A stretch of 64,000 bases of DNA, from the NCBI RefSeq assembly GCF_036365525.1, contig NW_027141701.1, positions 62,001 through 126,000 on the forward strand, written 5' to 3'. The stretch's first letter is position 1; each line of letters starts with the position of its first letter. This document shows, piece after piece, positions 11,842 through 24,128 of the stretch. Below the pieces are notes generated by a model, which was not told where the DNA came from, did not search any database, and worked only from the letters and a program-made list of their open reading frames with translations. The translations under genes were made by a program, and so were the position numbers. The DNA is from Heterodontus francisci. Taxonomy: Eukaryota.

Positions 11842-13335
11842 TTGCTTCACATCGGCCTGGACAGTCCGTGTACCTATTTAACAGTCTGTTGCACGGGACT
11901 GCCCTGTGCAGCACCCTGCACCCCGATGTAAAGGGTGAAGTTTCCCACGTAGAGAGACCTCCACGGGGTTTCCCCTCACCCCCAGCTGGTAATAAGGGTC
12001 GCAAAAGCATGTCCAGGTGGCAGACGAGGGTGAGGAAGTGGAGAGTGAGCAGGAGCAGCCCGTACAGGAAACCCCTCCGCGTGGTGTGGAATGGCACAGA
12101 GGGCATTTTCGAGAGGTGGCTCAGGTTGTGCGGGACAGGCTCCCGAGGAGGGTTTCGGTGCCCCGGACCGATGAGCAGTTCTGGCTGAGCGGGGGTCAGC
12201 TCGGCTGGGAGTGCTCCATACTCCCGAGCCCCCATGTCACCCACAGTGAGGGGTGTGCCGGGGGCTTCAGCTACCCCTCCACCCGTCGGTCCATCCCCAG
12301 AGCTGGCTGACCCGACAGCCAAGGCCCGTTCCTCTGCCAGCGGGTGGGTGCCCCGACTGGAGGTGACCATGTTCCAGACTCTGAATAGATCGCAGTAAAA
12401 GACAGGCAACTCCCTCAGGGAGGCGGAGCTAACATTCCCCACCGAGAGCTGTGTGTTGTCTTGAAGGCAGTGCCCCTGGCAGAAAAAAAACAAGACCAGT
12501 GCATACTATCTGGGAGGACACTCGACATACAGGTATCTCTGCGGGGTCTGAAGGTGGAGAGTCGCAGTCTGGGTGCGGACGCACACCAGCGACTGGCCGC
12601 CCTCCGCAATCGGGAGACACAGGACCGCGGCAGATACCCAGAGTTTTCTCTTGCTCCAGAAGAAATTGACGAGCTTCTTCTGAATCTTGGTGGCAATGCA
12701 GGGCACAGGACCAAAGTGACCAATCAGTATCACAACATTGAGGCCACCAGCTGGTTTATGACCAGTGCTCGTCCCCTGTAGGAAAGCATTCAGAGCAGTC
12801 CTGTCCAGAGCCCTAACCCAGTAATGGCTGTCGCTTCCAACTCCTCCCAGTTTGCCAGCCAGGATTCCTCAGTGGGGCTAAGGTGGACTCCCAAATAGAG
12901 GAAGTGCGTGGTCTCCATGCAAAACTCATTAACTCCTCCAGCAGGGGCTCCACCCGCCACTGACCCACCAGGAGACCTGAACATTTTCCCCATTTGATCC
13001 TCACAGAGGATGAGGCATAAAAAGTCTGATGTCAGTCGTGCATCCTCCGCAAGTCAATGGGATTTGTGACCGCGAGGAGCACATCTTCGACGTAAGCTGA
13101 GAGGACGACCCACATGCGCGGCCTGCTCAGAGCCAAACCTGTCAATCTACTGCGAAGCAGGCACAGGAATGGCTCCACACAGATGGGAGATAATTGGCTG
13201 GACATGGGACATCCCTGAGATACTCCTCTACCAAAGCGAAGGAGTGCCATCAAGGACCTGTTAACTTTGATCAGACACTCTGCCACGGCGTACAAAAGTC
13301 AGACCTGGGCCACAAAATGTGGCCTGTGTCCGAAC
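11842..13335 (-). mobile_element. Tx1 LINE ORF2, RT to C-terminal region (degenerate)
   Basis: 'GRGVSQGCPMS', 'LSAYVEDVLL' (decayed YADD), 'YLGVHL', 'LPIAEGGQSLV', 'RVLHRAVPCN'. Confidence 0.88.
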
Positions 13336-13585
13336 TGTGGGATCGAAATGCCTCCCCCTCAACTGGACTTTGTACAGTATGGGGAAGGTATCCCAACCCC
13401 CTTGGACACTAGTACTGTGAGCCAAAGAGCCAAACCTCAGCGCAAAGCACACAGAGGCAGGCTGCATTCCTGTGGGTCAATTTACAAACATTCCAACATC
13501 ACAACAGAACTGATACTGTGAAAGGACTGGAATTTGGGACATTATTATAACAGTGACACAAGAGAACTGCCATCATGTTAAGTGA

Positions 13586-14270
13586 TTGTGAAAGCCATTG
13601 TTACAACTAGCCGACCCCAGAGCACAGCATTCACTCCTGTCAAGACAGGAGAGAAACCTCTTTTATGGATATTAGCTTTGGAGCCTGGATTACCTCACCT
13701 TGGTGGAGTTCATTGTTCTCGGTCAGGGAAATCACATCAGCACTAAATGGATCTGTCTGGACCAGGCAGGTAACAGAGGAAAAGGATTAAAAGGTGCTAA
13801 GTGCTGACCATCCAGCAGGATGGCTTCAGGAGATGTGAGGATTATAAATTATCAGCCAAATCCAAGGGGTATTTGAGGCTGAGAGTTTTAAAACAATTTT
13901 AAGTGTAGCAACCAAATCCTGGGAGGGTTTGGGTTTTGAATTGAGTGAATTTGGGGCAGAAACGTGGAATTTTGCCTGTGTTTGTTTTTCTAAAAGGTTT
14001 ATTTTATAAATCATGGTGACCTGTGTGTTTGGGTGAGCGCTGAGGGTGAAATCGTGGAGGGATTTAAATCTGACTAACCAATCAAGGTGTCGTATGGTGT
14101 CCTTTAAATTAGTTTAGAAGTCTTTATAACAGGGTGTTAGGAGGGTTTTTGTTTTTTTAAATAAACAAATTTGTGGTTCAGCCTAACCCTGTGTTGTGTG
14201 CGATTTTGTTCTTGTAATTCCCAAAGTCCAAGAACTGTAGTAAGGGGGTACGGGAACGGAACCTCTTACA
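13586..14270 (+). mobile_element. Possible solo-LTR-like segment
   Basis: CCAAT near 14078, AT-rich TATA-like tract, AATAAA near 14160, GT-rich downstream tract, ends ...ttaca. No TSD found; start uncertain. Confidence 0.25.
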
Positions 14271-16070
14271 ATCCTAGTGAATCTCAGCTGCACCCTCTCC
14301 AGTTCAATCACATCCTTCATATAGTGTGGTGACCAGAACTGTACACAGTACTCCAGCTGTGGCCTGACTAGCATTTTATACAGCTCCATCATAACCTCCC
14401 TGCTCTTCTATTCGATGCCTTGGCCAAATAATGCAAGTATCCCTTATTACCTTATCTACCTGTGCTGTTGCGTTCAGTGATCTATGGACAAGTACACCAA
14501 GGTCCCTCTGACCCTCTGTACTTCCTAGGGACCTAGCATCCATTGTATATTCCCATGACTTGTTAGTCCTCCCAAAATGCATCACCTCGCACTTCTCAGG
14601 ATTAAATTCCATTTGCCACTGCTCTGCCCATCTTACCGGCCCATCTATATCATCCTGTAATCTAAGACTTTCCTCCTCACTATTTACGACACCACCAATT
14701 TTAGTGTCATCTGCGAACTTACTGATCATACCTCCTATATTCATGTCTAAATCATTAATGTACACGACAAACAGCACAAATAGCACGATCCCTGCGGTAC
14801 ATAACTGGTCACAGGCTTCCAATCACAAAACACCAATCCACCAACACCCTCTGCCTCCTGCACGGAGTCAATTTTGGATCCAGTTTGCCAAATTGCCCTG
14901 GATCCCATGGGCTCTTATCTTCTTGAATAATCTCCCATGCGGGACCTTATCAAAAGCCTTACTGAAGTCCACGTATACTACATCAACTACTTTACCCTTA
15001 TCTACACATCTAATCACCTCCTCGAAAAATTCAGTCAGATTTCTTAGACATGATCTCCCCGACAAAGCCGTGCTGACTATTCTTGATTAATTCCTGCCTC
15101 TCCAAGTGGAGATTAATCCTGTCCCTCAGAATATTTTCCAATAGTTTCCCTACCACTGATGTTAGACTCACTGGCCTGTAATTACCTGGTTTATCCCTAC
15201 TACCTTTCTTGAATAATGATACCACATTCACTGTCCTCCAGTCCTCTGGCAACTCTCCTGTGGCTAGAGAGGATTTGAAAATTTGTGTCAGAGCCTCCGA
15301 AATCTCCTCCCTTGCCTCACATAGCAGCCTGGTATACATCTCATCTGGTCCTGGGGATTTATCCACTTTTAAGCCCGCTAAAACCACTAATACCTCCTCC
15401 CTTTCAGTGCTAATTTGTTCAAGTATATCAAATCCTCCTCCACTTACATCATCCTTCTCCATAGTGAACACAGATGAAAAGTAATCATTCAAAGCCTCAC
15501 CTATGTTCTCCAGCTCCACATACAAATTGCCACTTTGTAATGGGCCCTACTCTTTCCCTGGTTATCCTCTTGCCCTTAATGTACTTATAAAACACCTTAG
15601 GATTTTCCTTTATCTTGCACACCAGTGTTTTTTCATGCCCCCTCTCCTAATTACTTTTTTAAGTACGCCTCTACACTTTCTAAACTCCTCAGGGGCCTCT
15701 GCTGTTTTCCACCCTCTGAATTTGCCATAAGCCTCCTTTTTTTTCTCATCCAATCCTCTTTCCCCCTTGACATCCATGGTTCCCTGGACCTGTTGGTCCT
15801 ACCCTTCACCTTTACTGGAACATGTTGGCCCTGAACTCTCACTATTTCCTTTTTGACTGATTCCCACTGGTCTGATGTAGACTTTCCTACAAGTAGCTGC
15901 TCCCAGTCCACTTTGGCCAGATCCTGTTTTATCATATTGAAATCGGCCTTCCCCCAATTCAGTACCTTTATTTCCGGTCCATCTTTGCCATTTTCCATAA
16001 CTACCTTAAATCGTACAGAGTTATGGTCACTATCACCGTAATGTCCTCCCACTGACACTTCTACCACTTG
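14271..16070 (-). mobile_element. CR1 LINE ORF2 (EN end, linker, RT), frameshifted
   Basis: 'GDSDHNSV', 'KSPGPD', 'PGNYRPVSLTSVVGK', 'DFSKAFDKVPH', 'KFADDTKIG', 'LVRPQLEYCVQFWSPH'. Confidence 0.95.
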
Positions 16071-16762
16071 TTATGGAACAAAGGCAAACAGTATGTTAAT
16101 AGTGTGGTGAAAGACATAACGTTACTAGAGAGAGAGTGTTAATTGACAGAAACATAGAACAACCTGGCCCAAAGCACAAACATGACAAAAATAAGTGGGT
16201 AGGCACATGGTAAAAAAAAATGAATTATGAAACAAAATTAAATAAAATAAACAAATAAAAAGAAAGAAAATAGCTGAAAATAAAAAGTGGGGCCCGTCAT
16301 GCTCTGAAATTATTGAACTCAATGTTCAGTCCGGCAGGCTGTAGCGTGCCTAATCGGTAAATGAAATGCTGTTTCTCGAGCTTGCATTGATGTTCACTGG
16401 AACACTGCAGCAAGCCCAGGACAGATATATAGACATGAGAGCAGGGGGTGTGTGTTGAAATGCCCAGCAACCGGAAGCTCAGGGTCATGCTTTTGGACTG
16501 AGCGGAGGTGTTCTGCAAAGCCGTCACCCAGTCTGCATTTGGTCTCCCCAGTATAGTGAAGACTACATTGTGAGCAGTGAATACAGTATACTACATTGAA
16601 AGAAGTACAAGCTGCATCACCCGAAAGGCGTATTTTGGGCCTTGAATAATGAGGAGAGAGGAGGTGAATGGGCAGGTATTACACCTCCTGCGAATGCAGG
16701 GGAAGGTGCCATGGGAAGGGGACGAGGTGTCGGAGGTAATAGAGGAGTGGCCCAGGGTGTCG
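16071..16762 (-). mobile_element. Penelope-like element, GIY-YIG endonuclease C-terminus
   Basis: Cys linker 'PCIRRRCNTCPF', GIY-YIG-like 'VVYCIHCSQC..HYTGET', terminal 'IYRLGTLQPAGLNIEF*'. Confidence 0.88.
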
Positions 16763-17657
16763 GCCAGCTCGGTCAGTAGTGGTGTTACCGAGCCACTCTC
16801 GGTGATGGACATTGAAGTCCCCCACCCAGAGTACATTTTGTGCCCTTGCCACCCACAGTGCTTACTCCAAATGGTGTTCAACATGGTGGAGTACTGAGTC
16901 ATCAGCTGAGGGAGGGCGGTAGGTGGTAATCTGTCGGAGGTTACCTTGTCCATGTTTGACCTGATGCCATGAGACTTCATGGGATCCGGAGTCGATGTTA
17001 AGGACTCCCAGGACAATTCCCTCCTGACTGTATACCACTGTCCCGCCACCTCTGCTGGATCTGTCCTGCCGATGGGACAGGACATACCCGGGGATGGTGA
17101 TGGCAGTGTCTGGGACATTGTCTGTAAGGTATGATTCCGTGAGTATGACTATGTCAGGCTGTTGCTTGACTAGTCTGTGGGACAGCTCTCCCAACTTTGG
17201 CACAAGCCCCCAGATGTTAGTAAGGAGGACTTTGCAGGGTCGACAGGGCTGGGTTTGCCGTTGTCGTTTCCGGTGCCTTGGTCGATGCCGGGTGGTCCGT
17301 CCGGTTTCATTCCTTTTTATTGACTTCGTAGCGGTTAGGTACAACTGAGTGTCTTGCTAGGCCATTTCAGAGGGCATGTAAGAGTTAACCACATTGCTGT
17401 GGGTCTGCAGTCACATGTAGGCCAGACCAGGTAAAGACAGCAGATTTCCTTCCCTAAAGGACATGAGTGAACCAGATGGGTTTTTACAACAATTGACAAT
17501 GGTTTCATGGCCATCATTAGACTAGCTTTTAATTCCAGATTTTTTAATTAAATTAACATTCCACCTTCTGCTGTGGTGGGATTCGAACCCATGTCCCCAG
17601 AGAAATACCATGGGTTTCTGATTACTAGTCCAGAGATAATACCACTACGCCACCGCC
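16763..17657 (-). mobile_element. Second tRNA-headed LINE copy (head plus APE endonuclease, 3' truncated)
   Basis: Colinear with 3064-3970; ORF 16862..17344 'NIWGLVPKLGELSHRL...ILTESYL...YRPP'. Confidence 0.9.
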
Positions 17658-17659
17658 TA

Positions 17660-18420
17660 CCCTTGAACTCTCGCTCCCTCTCCCACTCTCTTTATGCTCC
17701 GGCTCCAATCTCGTGTTTCCCACTCTCTGATTGAGCTCTCGTTCTCTCTCCCGGTCTCTTTCTGCTCCGGCTCCGCTCTCGCTGTTTCCCACTCGCTGAG
17801 TGAACTCTTGCTCTCTCTCCCGGTCTCTTTCTGATCCGGCTCTGCTCTCGCTGTTTCCCACTCGCCGAGTGAACTCTCACTCTCCCTCCCACTCTCTTTG
17901 TGCTCCGGCTCCACTCTCGTGTTTCCCACTCGCTGAGTGAACTCTCACTCTCTCTCCCGGTCTCTTTATGCTCCGGCTCCACTCTATCTGTTTCCTGCTC
18001 TCTGAGTGAACTCTTGCTCTCTCTCCCGGTCTCTTACTGCTCCGGCTCCGCTCTCGCTGTTTCCCACTCTCTGAGTGAACTCTCGCTCTCTCTCCCGGTC
18101 TCTTACTGCTCCGGCTCCGCTCTCGCTATTTCCCACTCTCTGAGTGAACTCTCGTTCTCTCTCCCGGTCTCTTTATGCTCCGGCTCCACTCTATCTGTTT
18201 CCTGCTCTCTGTGTGAACTCTCGCTCTCTCTCCCGGTCTCTTACTGCTCCGGCTCCGCTCTCGCTATTTCCCACTCTCTGAGTGAACTCTCGTTCTCTCT
18301 CCCGGTCTCTTTATGCTCCGGCTCCACTCTCGTGTTTCCCACTCTCTGAGTGAACTCTCGTTCTCTCTCCCGCTCTCTTTATTCTCCGGCTCCACTCTCG
18401 CTGTTTTCCGCTCTCTAAGC
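17660..18420. repeat. 69-bp minisatellite, about 11 copies
   Basis: Unit gtttcccactctctgagtgaactctcgctctctctcccggtctcttactgctccggctccgctctcgct; 23-aa periodicity. Confidence 0.95.
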
Positions 18421-18429
18421 TCTCTAGTC

Positions 18430-19320
18430 TCTTGCTTTTCTTTTCTGTTTTTTCAGCCTCCACAGTACAGGGGAAGAAGCTAATTGGCGAGTAACTGGTA
18501 AGTTATTCTATTTATTACACTTATTATGCTAGCGATAATTAGTTCGTAAATCTCAGGCATGGCAGGACAGCTCGGCCGAGTGGCAAATATATAGGCAAAT
18601 TTCTGAGTGCAAAAACAATAGGGCAATAATAGTGGGAATTTCAACTACCTGAATATCAACTGGGATAAAAACAATGTGAAGGGCACTGAGGGCACAAAAT
18701 TCTTGAACTGATTCAAGAGAACTTTTGTAGCCAATACGTAACAAGCACGAGAGGGGGCGTAATTCTAGATTTAGTCTTCAGTAATAGCTGGGCAAGTGGA
18801 TGAAGTACCAGTGGGTGACCATTTTGGAGATAGTGACCATAATACACTTAGTTTAAGCATAATCATGGAAAAGGACAAAGATAAAACAGGAGTAAAAAGT
18901 TCTAAATTGGGGTAAAGCAAATTTTACAAAACTGAGGTGATCTGGCGAAAGTGGACTGGATACAGCTACTTGAAGGAAAATCAATGGCAAACCAGTGCGA
19001 GGCATTCAAAAGCGAGATTCTACAGGCACAGTGTAGATGTGTCCCCACAAAGATAAAGGGTGGCACGGCCAAATCTAGAGCCCCCTGATTATCTAGAAGC
19101 AGACAGAGTAAGATTAAGCAGAAAAAGAAAGCTTATAACAGCCACAAAAAACTTAATACTTTAGAAAGCGTAGAGGAGTCTAGAAAGTGCAGGGGTGAAG
19201 TAAAAAAGGAAACTAGGAAAGAAAAGAGAGGACATGAAAAATTATTGGCAGGAAAACCAAGGAAAAAACAAAGATTTTTTTCAATATATTAAGAGCGAGA
19301 GGATAATGAAGGAAAGGGAA
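18430..19320 (+). mobile_element. CR1 LINE 5'/EN fragment with internal deletion
   Basis: ORF1-like start 'atggcaggacagctc' then EN remnants 'ILDLVF', 'GDSDHN' and linker 'VDWIQLLEGKS'. Confidence 0.75.
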
Positions 19321-19769
19321 GCGTTTTGAGGATTTCACAAGCATATGGACAAGGAAATGAGTCTGGAGTTGGAATAACTGTTGACATTAATAGTGATTGC
19401 TAGATGTCCTCATTATGATATCAACCTCCCCGTGAACATCAATTTAATGACCTTACTTACCCTGCACTTTCCAAACCTGGGCAAATATTTCTGAACAAAA
19501 GCAGTTTGGAAGCAGTTAAATGGATTGATTGTCACAGATGATTGTATCTCTGAGGGAGAGTCAGTTTAACAAGTTTATTTAACCTTCTCCTTCCTTAAAC
19601 CTGAGCAAGAAGGTCACGTCAGTTACCGAACACTTCCCTGATAGAGATACAGACACTGACTCATTCTGAATATAGATCCATGGACAATGACACCTACTGG
19701 AAAATGGATAGTGCCAACAATCACTTAGTGTTTGATGTAAAATTTCCTGATATTATAGGAGGGTAAGAG

Positions 19770-21595
19770 AAGCACGAGCTGGACGAAAAGCCAACAAAAT
19801 CGGAACTCAGTGATGCCATTGATTCTCTAGCCAGTGGAAAAGCCCCTGGGAAGGACGGCATTACACCTGAAATAATCAAGAGTGCCAAGCCTGCTATACT
19901 TTCAGCACTCTACGAACTGCTTTGCCTGTGTTGGGATGAGGGAGCAGTACCACAGGACATGCGCAATGCCAACATCATCACCCTCTATTAGAACAAGGGT
20001 GACCGCGGTGACTGCAACAACTACCGTGGAATCTCCCTGCTCAGCATAGTGGGGAAGGTCTTCGCTCGAGTTGCTTTAAACAGACTCCAGAAGCTGTCTG
20101 AGCGCATCTACCCTGAGGCACAGTGTGGCTTTCGAGCAGAGAGATCTACCACTGACATGATGTTCTCCCTTCGCCAGCTGCAGGAGAAATGCCGTGAACA
20201 ACAGATGCCCCTCTACGTTGCTTTCATAGATCTCACCAAAGCCTTTGACCTCGTCAGCAGACGTGGTCTCTTCAGACTACTAGAAAAGATTGGATGTCCA
20301 CCAAAGCTACTAAGTATCATCACCTCATTCCATGACAATATGAAAGGCACAATTCAACACAGCAGCGCCTCATCAGACCCCTTTCCTATCCTGAGTGGCG
20401 TGAAACAGGGCTGTGTTTTCGCACTTACACTGTTTGGGATCTTCTTCTCCCTGCTGCTCTCACATGCATTCAAATCTTCAGAAGAAGGAATTTTCCTCCA
20501 CACAAGATCAGGTGGCAGGTTGTTCAACCTTGCCCGTCTAAGAGCGAAGACCAAAGTACGGAAAGTCCTCATCAGGGAACTCCTCTTTGCTGACGATGCT
20601 GCATTAACATCCCACAATGAAGTGTGTCTGCAGAGTCTCATCGACAGGATTACGGCTGCCTGCAACAAATTTGGCCTAAACATCAGCCTCAAGAAAATGA
20701 ACATCATGGGACAGGATGTCAGAAATGCTCCATCCATCAATATCGATGACCACGCTCTGGAAGTGGTTCAAGAGTTTACCTACCTAGGCTCAACTATCAC
20801 CAGTAACCTGTCTCTCGATGCAGAAATCAACAAGCGCATGGGAAAGGCTTCCACTGCTATGTCCAGACTGGCCAAGAGATTGTGGGAAAATGGCGCACTG
20901 ACATGGAACACAAAAGTCCGAGTGTATGAAGCCTGTGTCCTCAGTACCTTGCTCTACGGCAGCGAGGCCTGGACAACGTATGTCAGCCAAGAGCGACGTC
21001 TCAATTCATTCCATCTTCGCTGCCTCCAGAGTATCCTTGGCATCAGGTGGCAGGACCGTATCTCCAACACAGAAGTCCTCGAGACGGCCAACATGCCCAG
21101 CATATACACCCTACTGAGCCAGCGGCGCTTGAGATGGCTTGGCCATGTGAGCCACATGGAAGATGGCAGGATCCCCAAAGACACATTGTACAGCAAGCTC
21201 GCCACTGGTATCAGACCCGCCGGCCGTCCATGTCTCCGCTTTAAAGACGTCTCAAAACGCGACATGAAGTATTGTGACATTGATTACAAGTTGTGGGAGT
21301 CAGTTACCCGTGATCGCCAGAGCTGGCAGACAGCCATAAAGGCGGGGCTAAAGAGTGGCGAGTCGAAGAGACTTAGCAATTGGCAGGAAAAAAGAAAAAC
21401 GCAAGGGGAGAGCCAACTGTGCAACAGCCCCGACAACCAATTTTATCTGCAGCGCCTGTGGAAGAGTCTGTCACTCTAGAATTGGCCTTTATAGCCACAC
21501 CAGGCGTTGCTTCACAAACCACTGACCACCTCCAGGCACTTACCCATTGTCTCTCAAAACAAAGAGGCCAAATAAGAAAAAGAAGAAGAAGAGGG
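19770..21595 (+). mobile_element. RTE-clade (BovB-like) LINE, 5'-truncated, nearly intact RT
   Basis: 'GKAPGKDGI', 'NYRGISLLS', 'FIDLTKAFD', 'GVKQG', 'LFADD', 'YLGS', 'RLRWLGHV'; TAG at 19989-19991; frameshifted C-terminal 'CSACGRVCHSRIGLYSHTRRC'; (AAG)n tail. Confidence 0.95.
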
Positions 21596-21600
21596 ACCTC

Positions 21601-22211
21601 TGTATGATTTTTGTGTGTTTGTGCTGGATGTAACTCGCTTTTAACCAACCAGGTTCTTTCTCTGTATTCTTAAGTCAAGATAGTGAGTTCATTAAGCACA
21701 GCAAGGATTTGCAAACAATTCTAAACCAATGGCAGTAGTTAAACAGCAGAGTGCCCTCAGTTTGGCGTCCCGAGCTGTTGTGGTGAAGTCTTCTCTCTTG
21801 AGGTGTTCTGTTGACTGCAGGATGGTCTCTTCTCAAATCTGTGTGTGCTGATGTCTCTCAGCACCTTTCATTTATACCCGCACCCTGATCCTCCGACGGT
21901 TCCTTCATTCCATATTAGGTTACATTCCACCTGAACCCTTTCGATTGATCAGGTATGGCCTCACCTTTCATACATTGTCTCTGAAGATAGCTTGATGGCC
22001 TAAGTCATTGTCACACAATGGGGAATGTTTGCTATCCCCATCAACATTCCAGTCATGAATAGTCTCCGAACACCTTTACTTACATTTCCATCATGAGGCC
22101 GACAAGTCTATCAATTATTGTGACCCTGAGCCTGTCTTAATTGAAATGCAGTAAGGTACTTATCAAAACATCCTGCCTCATAGCAAAGTTACTTCTGCTA
22201 TTGTTGTTACA
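21601..22211 (-). mobile_element. Candidate 3' LTR of ERV-A
   Basis: Minus strand TGTAAC...CATACA termini; purine-rich tract (ggagagatggtggaaga) just upstream; TATAAA near 21871-21876; degenerate poly(A) signal near 21690; lies downstream of the env stop. Confidence 0.45.
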
Positions 22212-22530
22212 GTTAAACCGTCTTCCACCATCTCTCCAATACAGCGTACAAATATACATTTCACAGAACATGATTCCAAACATGAGGTCCATAACTTAAT
22301 TCTAATATAATACATTGATACATATACAAAGTATAACTATTCCTGAACATAACCACAATATCATTTCAAATTATTCTCCTTTAAAACTTAGCACCTCATG
22401 TGAATTGTATCAGGCCACAACTCGCACAGATTCATCCAACAGATTAAACATGGCAGTTAACCCCTTAGTTCCTACAGTGCCCACTGTGAGGGTAAAATAC
22501 CAGATGGCATTGATCCCTCATACATTACCC

Positions 22531-23520
22531 TTAAGTGGGGCATATTCTTTCATGGTCTCCTGTCTAATTCTCATTTTCTTTATCATCCCCATGATTTGTC
22601 TTAACGCACACACCAAAATCAGAATTATCGCCTATTGAATGATGACAAAGTCATGGGAAATAATCCTGATCCAAGGGGGTATTTCAATGTCACACCAGTG
22701 ACTCTCATCCCCTATCTCAGGGATTTCCTTTTTAATTTCCTCATTTTATTGTTGCAGGACATAAAAGTGTTTGTTGGATGTATTGAGTCTTTGCAATAGC
22801 TCAGTCAGATGTTCAGGAAAAGGGGGAATGCCATAAACAAATCTACTGACATATTGATATAACTGCTCCTTGAGGTCATCTTTAACAGTGATATTTATTT
22901 GCTGATTATTCCTTATACTGAATCGGACCTTGTTTACTATCTGAGCCCTTAGAGAGGGACTAAAACAAAATTCTCCCTTATTTATTTGACACATTAAACT
23001 GCCATATGTATACTCTGTGTGGGTAGTAACAACACAATAACTTCCCTCACCTTGGTAGACAGAGTGATTGGGAAACTCCTCTCCACTCACTATTTCCATT
23101 GTACAGTTGAGGGGGTCTTTGTTCCAGGTTAATCCACATGCTGGAGCAGAGTTTTCTACAATATCATATGGGCAAACAAAGGCATCCTCTGACTGGAGAC
23201 ACCCAGACAAGTCAGGGGCAACCCAGGTGGTTTTATTGACCAGGGAGATATAAATAGGTGGATTTTTGTATCTAACAATGTGATTCCTCATTATTATCTG
23301 TTCCTTAACAACTGTTGCAGTAATTCAAGATTCCCAAGATCAATACTTTATTCTTTTGCTGAAGCTTGTTAATTCTAAATGATTGTCCTGTTCTCAGTAC
23401 TTTTGTTTCAAGTAACAGATCAGGCATGGACTTGAATGATTCTCCAGCTCTCTCTTTACCATATCCATCATGTGGATCATTCCTAGCCCTTCAACTGTCT
23501 CTCTGAACTTTCATCTTACT
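22531..23520 (-). pseudogene. env: Retroviral env remnant (foamy/lokiretrovirus-like, paramyxovirus-F-like TM subunit)
   Basis: 181-aa open Cys-rich ectodomain (22746..23291) with N-glycosylation sequons; same frame continues through two stops into a helical segment, a Trp-containing membrane-proximal region and a hydrophobic anchor 'PPWIRIISHDFVIIQ*AIILILVCAL', then a basic tail ending at TAA 22531. Confidence 0.7.
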
Positions 23521-23777
23521 ACTTCTGCCCATTTCCAGTGTGTTTAATTCTATTCTAATTGTTTTAAAGTCAGTTACTCTATGGAATATGTGACAATGCC
23601 TTGACAATTTAAAACATGTTTCACTCTATTGGCCACGTTAAACATTCCCTGTGGAGTAGGTGAACCTGTCTGAGACCTGTTCTTCAGTGCATTGCATTGT
23701 GCATTCTGCATGTTAGTTTACTCGTAACACATCACATTTGCACACTTACACCAGTGTCCCAATATCATGTCACACAT

Positions 23778-24128
23778 GGGTGGCACAGTGGCGCAGTGGT
23801 TAGCACCACAGTCCAGCCTCACAGCTCCAGCGACCCGGGTTCAGTTCTGGGTACTGCCTGTGCGGAGTTTGCAAGTTCTCCTTGTGTCTGTGTGGGTTTC
23901 CGCCGGGTGCTCCGGTTTCTTCCCACAGCCAAAGACTTGCAGGTTGATTAGTAAATTGGCTATTGTAAATTGCCCCTTGTGTAGGTCGGTGGTAGGAGAA
24001 TGGTGGGGATGTGGTAGAGAATATAGGGTTAATGTAAGATTAGTATAAATGGGTGGTTGTTGGTCGGCACAGACTCGGTGTGCCCAAGGGCCTGTTTCAG
24101 TGCTGTATCTCTGAATAAATAAATAAAT
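23778..24128 (+). mobile_element. tRNA-derived V-SINE (HE1-like)
   Basis: A and B boxes, V-domain 'gtgtgggtttccgccgggtgctccggttt', (aaat)n tail. Confidence 0.92.
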
